Below, piece by piece: positions 58,633 to 64,000 of a stretch of 64,000 nt of DNA (position 1 is its first letter; each line of letters starts with the position of its first letter). Where the stretch lies: positions 8,959-72,958 of the forward strand of contig DLHS01000003.1 in assembly GCA_002483345.1 (NCBI GenBank). Reading direction: 5' to 3'. This stretch comes from Bacteroidetes bacterium UBA7662 (lineage in GTDB: Bacteria > Bacteroidota > Bacteroidia > UBA7662). The notes beneath the pieces were generated by a model. It was given only the letters and a program-made list of their open reading frames with translations, had not been told where the DNA came from and did no database searches. Position numbers and translations under genes: made by a program.

Positions 58633-58664
58633 AAGAAAAGCCCCGGAATTCCGGGGCTTTTCTT
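58633..58664. terminator. Bidirectional terminator (perfect 32-bp palindrome)
   Basis: aagaaaagccccggaa|ttccggggcttttctt, between convergent genes. Confidence 0.85.
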
Positions 58665-58683
58665 TTGAGTATCGATCGGTGAA

Positions 58684-58860
58684 TTAACCGGCGTTTTTGC
58701 GGTTTTGAACATCCAAACGGATTTCCTGACACTTGTTCTTCAGATCCTGAAGGCCTTTACGAACACGGGTTCCAGCTGCGCTGTTTTCTTTGTCGTAGAA
58801 TTTTTCGAAATCTTTTTCCATCGACATGAGGAGGTTTTTCAGTGTTTCAAATTGATTCAT
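58684..58860 (-). CDS. Small Hc1-like ('histone H1') protein
   Basis: DFEKFYDKENSAAGTRVRKGLQDLK...IR..VQ motif; 58 aa. Confidence 0.82.
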   Translation of the reverse strand: MNQFETLKNLLMSMEKDFEKFYDKENSAAGTRVRKGLQDLKNKCQEIRLDVQNRKNAG

Positions 58861-58939
58861 ATAGTAGCGTTTTAAGGTTAGACTTTCCAAAAATATGCTT
58901 TTCCGCCAAAAGGCAAATAAAACAACGATTTTTTTATTC

Positions 58940-60190
58940 TCAACTCATCGAAACAACTTCATCGCCGGCATACTCACCAGCCTTCAGTTTGTCCGAAACT
59001 TCCGAGAATGCTTTCAGCGTTTCTGCCACATCCTCAAGGGTATGCGCTGCTGTAGGGATTAATCTGAGCAGGATAACATCCTTGGGAACAACCGGATAAA
59101 CAACCACGGAGCAGAAGATATTATAATTTTCACGGAGATCAACTACCAGGGCGGTTGCCTCTCCTAAACTGCCTTTCATCATCACCGGTGTGACAGGAGA
59201 GCTTGTTTTGCCAAGGTCAAAGCCTCTTTCTTTCAGTCCTTGCTGCAGGGCATTCACAATGGTCCATAGCTGTGCTTTCAGTTCAGGGCGGTCACGAAGG
59301 AGTTCGAGGCGCTTGATAGCACCCAGCACAATCGGCATAGGCAAACTTTTAGCAAAAATCTGCGAACGCATATTGTAACGGAGATAATCTGCCATTTCGG
59401 TCGTGGTGGCAAAAAATGCGCCTATACTGGCCATTGATTTGGCGAAGGTGGAGAAATAAATATCGATTTCATCCATAATGCCCTGCTCCTCCCCGGTGCC
59501 TGCGCCCTTGGTCCCCATAGCACCAAAACCGTGAGCATCGTCGACCAGCATACGGAATTTGTATTTGCTTTTGAGGGCAGCAATTTCTTTGAGTTTACCC
59601 TGTGCGCCTGTCATACCGAAAACACCTTCGGTAATCAACAAAACAGAACCTTTGTTACCCCCTTCTTCAATGAGGCGTGTGGCACGCTGCAATTGTTTCT
59701 CACAGCTTTCCAGGTTGTTGTGGAGAAACATGAATCGTTTACCGGCATGCAGACGCACTCCGTCTACAATACAGGCATGTGATTCTGCATCATATACGAT
59801 AACATCGTGGCGATCCACCAGCGCGTCAATGGCCGATACAATCCCCTGATAACCGTAGTTGACGAGCAGCACCTTGGGTTTACCCACAAAAGCTGCCAGC
59901 TCCTGTTCTAATTGTTCATGGTAGTTGGAGTTACCCGACATCATACGGGCCCCCATCGGATAAGCCATGCCAAAGGTGGCAGTGGCCTCCGTATCCGCCT
60001 GACGTACTTCAGGATGATTGGCCAGTCCCAGGTAGTTGTTAAGACTCCAAACAAGGCGCTCTTTACCGCGGAAAATCATGCGGCTGGCGATTTCACCTTC
60101 AAGTTTAGGAAACATATAGTAGCCTTCAGCGGCTTTGGCATGCTGCCCGAGCGGACCCATGCGGGTTGATAGCTTTTCAAATAAATCCAC
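58940..60190 (-). CDS. PLP-dependent alpha-oxoamine synthase, probable cysteate-C-fatty acyltransferase (SulA/CapB type)
   Basis: FPKLEGEI, WSLNNYLGLANHP, HACIVDG, DDAHG, TFAKS, and SQIFAKSLPMP. Confidence 0.75.
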   Translation of the reverse strand: MDLFEKLSTRMGPLGQHAKAAEGYYMFPKLEGEIASRMIFRGKERLVWSLNNYLGLANHPEVRQADTEATATFGMAYPMGARMMSGNSNYHEQLEQELAAFVGKPKVLLVNYGYQGIVSAIDALVDRHDVIVYDAESHACIVDGVRLHAGKRFMFLHNNLESCEKQLQRATRLIEEGGNKGSVLLITEGVFGMTGAQGKLKEIAALKSKYKFRMLVDDAHGFGAMGTKGAGTGEEQGIMDEIDIYFSTFAKSMASIGAFFATTTEMADYLRYNMRSQIFAKSLPMPIVLGAIKRLELLRDRPELKAQLWTIVNALQQGLKERGFDLGKTSSPVTPVMMKGSLGEATALVVDLRENYNIFCSVVVYPVVPKDVILLRLIPTAAHTLEDVAETLKAFSEVSDKLKAGEYAGDEVVSMS

Positions 60191-60349
60191 GAAAAGTTTG
60201 TTTTAGCTGATTACGAGGTCAAATTTAATCTTTATGTGCCATATGCTGCCGGCTAATTGAAAAAATAGAAATAAATAATTACCCACTGATACGCAGCAAT
60301 CGAAAAACTTGTTTGATTGAGTGGAGCATTAATGTTAATTTTGCAGGCT

Positions 60350-61204
60350 ATGACAAAAATGCGGCTGAACCGCTCGTTTACTTTCATCGTTTTGTTGTTC
60401 ACCGCCTGGGTGTTTACAGCTTGTGACCCCTACAACAAGGTTCTCAAAAGCACCGATTTGAATTTCAAATACGAAATGGCGCAGAAATACTACTATCAGG
60501 GTGCTTATTACAAAGCCCAACCCCTGCTGGAAGAGTTATTGACTGCCTACCGGGGTTCGGAAAAGGCCGAGGACATTTATTACTATTATGCCTGGTGTGA
60601 CTATCACCTGCAGCAATTCACCCTTGCCAGTTTTCACTTCAAAAATTTCTCTACCAGTTTCCCTACCAGTAAACGTGTAGAAGATGTTGATTTTATGTAT
60701 GCTTACTGCCTGTATCTCGAATCACCGAACTATTCATTAGACCAGGTAAGTACCCGCAAGGCACTCGAGGCATTCCAGTTGTATGTAAACAAACATCCGC
60801 ATAGCAAACGCATAGGAGAATGCAACCGGATGATGGACATACTCCGCAGCAAGCTTGAAAAGAAGTCGATTGAAAGCGCCATGTTGTTTTACCGCATGGA
60901 AGACTACCGGGCAGCGGCCATCATGCTTCGCAATACCCTGAGTGATTATCCGGATGTAAGCGAACGCGAATACCTCTCCTACCTGGTGGTTAAGTCCTAC
61001 TATAACCTCTCGATGAACAGCATCGATTCCAAGAAAGAAGAACGCTTTAACGAAACCCTGCGTTATTATCAGGAGTTAAAAGAAGAGTTCCCGAACAGTA
61101 CCTATCTGAAAGAAGCCGGTAATTATGCTGCCAAAGCCCGTCAGGAGCTTAAAAAACTGGCAGAAAAACCGGTTCCACCTGTCCAACCCAAAGTAATTAA
61201 CTAA
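60350..61204 (+). CDS. bamD: Outer membrane protein assembly factor BamD
   Basis: Lipobox FTA-C, YNKVLKS.D...KY, TPR-like helices, LDQ..T; bamD-rpoZ-coaBC synteny. Confidence 0.9.
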   Translation: MTKMRLNRSFTFIVLLFTAWVFTACDPYNKVLKSTDLNFKYEMAQKYYYQGAYYKAQPLLEELLTAYRGSEKAEDIYYYYAWCDYHLQQFTLASFHFKNFSTSFPTSKRVEDVDFMYAYCLYLESPNYSLDQVSTRKALEAFQLYVNKHPHSKRIGECNRMMDILRSKLEKKSIESAMLFYRMEDYRAAAIMLRNTLSDYPDVSEREYLSYLVVKSYYNLSMNSIDSKKEERFNETLRYYQELKEEFPNSTYLKEAGNYAAKARQELKKLAEKPVPPVQPKVIN

Positions 61205-61212
61205 GCAATCAT

Positions 61213-61527
61213 ATGGCCGCTAACAGCACTGAGACACGCAACCTTCGTTCTATAGACGAAAAAACCGGCAATCTCTACGAGTCAATCGCCATCGTAGCGA
61301 AAAGAAGTAACCAGATCAGTATCAAAATCAAAGAAGAGCTGAACGCCAAGCTGGCCGAGTTTGCTTCTTCAAGCGATAACCTGGAGGAAGTTTTCGAGAA
61401 CCGGGAGCAAATCGAGATTTCCAAACACTATGAGCGCATGCCGAAACCGACATTGCTCGCAATCGAGGACTTTATGGAAGACAAGGTTTACTTCCGTAAC
61501 CCTGCCAAGGAAAAGAAAGACCGCTAA
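61213..61527 (+). CDS. rpoZ: RNA polymerase omega subunit
   Basis: TGNLYESIAIVAKRSNQI...LEEVFENREQIEISKHYE.MPKP (Bacteroidota type). Confidence 0.9.
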   Translation: MAANSTETRNLRSIDEKTGNLYESIAIVAKRSNQISIKIKEELNAKLAEFASSSDNLEEVFENREQIEISKHYERMPKPTLLAIEDFMEDKVYFRNPAKEKKDR

Positions 61528-61532
61528 GCCTT

Positions 61533-62735
61533 ATGCTCACCGGTAAGCGAATCTTATTGGGTATCACCGGGAGCATCGCCGCTTACAAAACGGCCTCGCT
61601 GGTGAGGCTATTCAAAAAAGCAGGTGCCGAAGTGCAGGTGGTTACCACCCCTTCGGCACGTGACTTTATTACCCCGCTTACGCTTTCTACGCTTTCTGAA
61701 CGTCCTGTTTACAGCGAATTTGTCAAAAACAAACAGGGAGAATGGGTAAATCACGTTGATTTAGCCCTTTGGGCAGACCTGCTGGTCATAGCCCCGGCTT
61801 CTGCCAATACGTTATCAAAAATGAGCAGCGGTGGCTGCGACAATCTGTTGCTGGCAGTTTATCTGTCAGCCAAATGCCCTGTCATGTTTGCCCCTGCCAT
61901 GGATCTCGACATGTACAAACACCCGTCTACCACAGAAAATATTCAGAAGCTTATCGGCTTTGGCCATGTCTTTATTTCTCCGGGCATCGGCCACCTGGCC
62001 AGCGGACTGGTCGGAGAAGGTCGTATGGCGGAACCTGAAGTGATACTGGAAGCGGTTACCCAATATTTTGAACGCCGCTCGCTGGCAGGCAGGCAGGTAT
62101 TGATTTCCGCAGGACCTACCTATGAGGCCATTGATCCGGTTCGTTTTATCGGCAACCGTTCATCCGGCAAGATGGGTTATGCCCTGGCGCGTCAGCTGGT
62201 GCTTGCGGGAGCCAGGGTGCATCTGGTAAGCGGCCCCAGTCATGAAAAAATACCGGATGGTCTGGCCGGATTTACGGCGGTGGAAAGTGCCGAGGAGATG
62301 TTTGAAGCTTGCAAAAGTTTATATGCCAACAGTTATCTGACCATCATGAGTGCTGCGGTAGCCGATTACAAACCTACCGTGATCTCCAGCCAAAAAATAA
62401 AAAAAGCCGATCAGGTACTTGAAATAAAGCTTGAACCAACCCCAGATATACTGTCGTGGATGGGTAAAAACAAAAAAACGGGACAACTGCTGGTGGGTTT
62501 CGCCCTCGAAACCAATGATGAAGAGGAGCATGCCCGGAAAAAACTGAAGACAAAAAATCTGGATCTTATTGTTTTGAACAGGCTGCGTGATGCAGGCGCC
62601 GGGTTCGGGCATGACACCAATCAGGTACAATTAATAAGTGCCGAAAAAAGTCATCTTTTAACTTTACGTTCCAAAGACGAGATCGCTTCCGAAATCGTTG
62701 TTTATATCGATGAGTTCTTTCACCATGAGGCGTAG
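61533..62735 (+). CDS. coaBC: Phosphopantothenoylcysteine decarboxylase / phosphopantothenate--cysteine ligase
   Basis: GITGSIAAYK, APASAN, PAMD, DPVRFIGNRSSGKMG, AAVADY, GFALET. Confidence 0.96.
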   Translation: MLTGKRILLGITGSIAAYKTASLVRLFKKAGAEVQVVTTPSARDFITPLTLSTLSERPVYSEFVKNKQGEWVNHVDLALWADLLVIAPASANTLSKMSSGGCDNLLLAVYLSAKCPVMFAPAMDLDMYKHPSTTENIQKLIGFGHVFISPGIGHLASGLVGEGRMAEPEVILEAVTQYFERRSLAGRQVLISAGPTYEAIDPVRFIGNRSSGKMGYALARQLVLAGARVHLVSGPSHEKIPDGLAGFTAVESAEEMFEACKSLYANSYLTIMSAAVADYKPTVISSQKIKKADQVLEIKLEPTPDILSWMGKNKKTGQLLVGFALETNDEEEHARKKLKTKNLDLIVLNRLRDAGAGFGHDTNQVQLISAEKSHLLTLRSKDEIASEIVVYIDEFFHHEA

Positions 62736-63627
62736 CATACTGCTGTTTTTTTTCTGTTTACTCTTTTTTTCCGGTACAGCCCAGGAATTAAACTGCCGTG
62801 TTACAGTTAATTACGCACAGATAGGCGGTACTGATCAGCAGTTTTTCACGAATATGGAAAACACCATCCGTGATTTTTTGAATACCCGCCGATGGACCAA
62901 CGACGTTTTTCTGGAACAGGAGCGCATCAGCTGTAATCTCACCATCATCATTGAACAACGCCCGAGTACAAATCAATTTGTAGCCAAGGCCCAGATACAG
63001 GCCGTACGGCCGGTTTACAATGCCTCCTACAGCAGTGTTTTGATTAACCATACAGACCCGGACTGGACTTTTGTTTTTTCCGAGTTTGAACCCCTGGAGT
63101 TTAACGAGACCACCCATTTGAACAATATCAGTTCTATGCTGGCTTATTACGCCTACATTATTCTGGGGCTTGATTACGACTCATTCTCACCACTGGGTGG
63201 CACTGAATATTTCCAGCGAGCGCAAGCTGTGCTTCAAAATGCCCAAAATGCCCCTGAGCCTGGTTGGAAGCAAGGTCAGAGCCTGAGAAACCGTTTTTGG
63301 CTGATCGATAATATGCTGAGCCCACAGTTCAAGTCATTTCGGGAAAGTATTTACAAGTATCACCGGGAGGGTCTTGATTGTATGAGTAAAATGGAGAAGG
63401 TTCCGGATTGCCGGAAAGAGATCACGGCTTCCATAACGCAGATGCATACTGTACACAAACAAAAGCCCGGGTCAATGGCACAGCAAATTTATCTGGCCGG
63501 TAAAATAACAGAGCTGCTTGGCATTTATTCCAAAGCTACCGCTGAGGAGAAGTCTTTGGTCTTAAATATGTTGTCGGATATTGATCCGTCGAACATACTT
63601 CAGTACCAAAAAATTACGCAACAGTAG
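62725..63627 (+). CDS. porD: Type IX secretion system protein PorD (DUF4835)
   Basis: AQELNC.V.VN, FLN.R.WT, RPVYN, YYAYIILGLDYDSFS..GG; located between coaBC and recN. Confidence 0.83.
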   Translation: MRRSILLFFFCLLFFSGTAQELNCRVTVNYAQIGGTDQQFFTNMENTIRDFLNTRRWTNDVFLEQERISCNLTIIIEQRPSTNQFVAKAQIQAVRPVYNASYSSVLINHTDPDWTFVFSEFEPLEFNETTHLNNISSMLAYYAYIILGLDYDSFSPLGGTEYFQRAQAVLQNAQNAPEPGWKQGQSLRNRFWLIDNMLSPQFKSFRESIYKYHREGLDCMSKMEKVPDCRKEITASITQMHTVHKQKPGSMAQQIYLAGKITELLGIYSKATAEEKSLVLNMLSDIDPSNILQYQKITQQ

Positions 63628-63666
63628 TTCCAACTTAGGCTGCTGGGGCTTTCCTTTGTAGTCAGC

Positions 63667-64000
63667 ATGATTACGCAACTCAGCATTCAGAATTTCGCGA
63701 TTATCCGGCAAAGTGATCTTCACTTTTCGCCGCATTTAACAGTCATTACCGGAGAAACCGGGGCTGGTAAGTCGATTTTGCTGGGGGCACTTCAGTTGCT
63801 GCTGGGCGCCCGTGCCGATGCGGGGCAGTTGTTTGACCCTACGCAGAAGTGTGTCATTGAAGGCCACTTTCAACTTTCAGAGCCAGCTGTTACCACCTTT
63901 CTGCTGGAAGAAGACTTTGACAATAGTCAGGATGACATTGTACTGCGGCGGGAGTTGCTTCCCAATGGCAAGTCCAGAGCATTCATCAACGACACCCCGG
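63667..64000 (+). CDS. recN: DNA repair protein RecN (3'-truncated by the window edge)
   Basis: Hand translation: MITQLSIQNFAII...TVITGETGAGKSILLGALQLLLGARAD...LRRELLPNGKSRAFIND. Confidence 0.93.
   Translation, partial: MITQLSIQNFAIIRQSDLHFSPHLTVITGETGAGKSILLGALQLLLGARADAGQLFDPTQKCVIEGHFQLSEPAVTTFLLEEDFDNSQDDIVLRRELLPNGKSRAFINDTP

Noticed and set aside
58633-58664. Perfect 32-bp palindrome as a recombination or operator site
   Set aside because: A GC stem with A/T tails between convergent genes is adequately explained as a bidirectional terminator.

Overview
A mostly housekeeping stretch of a Bacteroidota chromosome. The assignment rests on TAnnTTTG promoters, T9SS cargo plus PorQ/PorD, the bamD-rpoZ-coaBC-porD-recN and miaB-sigma54 activator-lptE-secG clusters, and dnaA without a neighbouring dnaN. 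The window holds about 56 CDSs, one tRNA-Asp, a MarR-led beta-oxidation operon, an alpha-glucan cluster and a probable sulfonolipid cysteate acyltransferase. No integrase, transposase, reverse transcriptase, CRISPR array or prophage was recognised. The most striking unexplained signal is intergenic. At seven loci, arrays of 7-bp or 8/9-bp micro-repeats occur, mostly as inverted arms around a spacer. Six arms of one family end in the same 11-bp terminus (AGACATCGAGA / TCTCGATGTCT, two with one mismatch). At one locus (14152-14721) the arms enclose a four-helix-bundle (IVS-protein/Avd-like) gene placed exactly between the fadN stop and the fadA start, followed by three ~42-bp repeats carrying a GNRA hairpin. 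My inference is a family of IVS-like stem-loop cassettes in mRNA intergenic regions, with one gene-bearing copy and several empty ones. All family assignments come from reading motifs; no searches were run.
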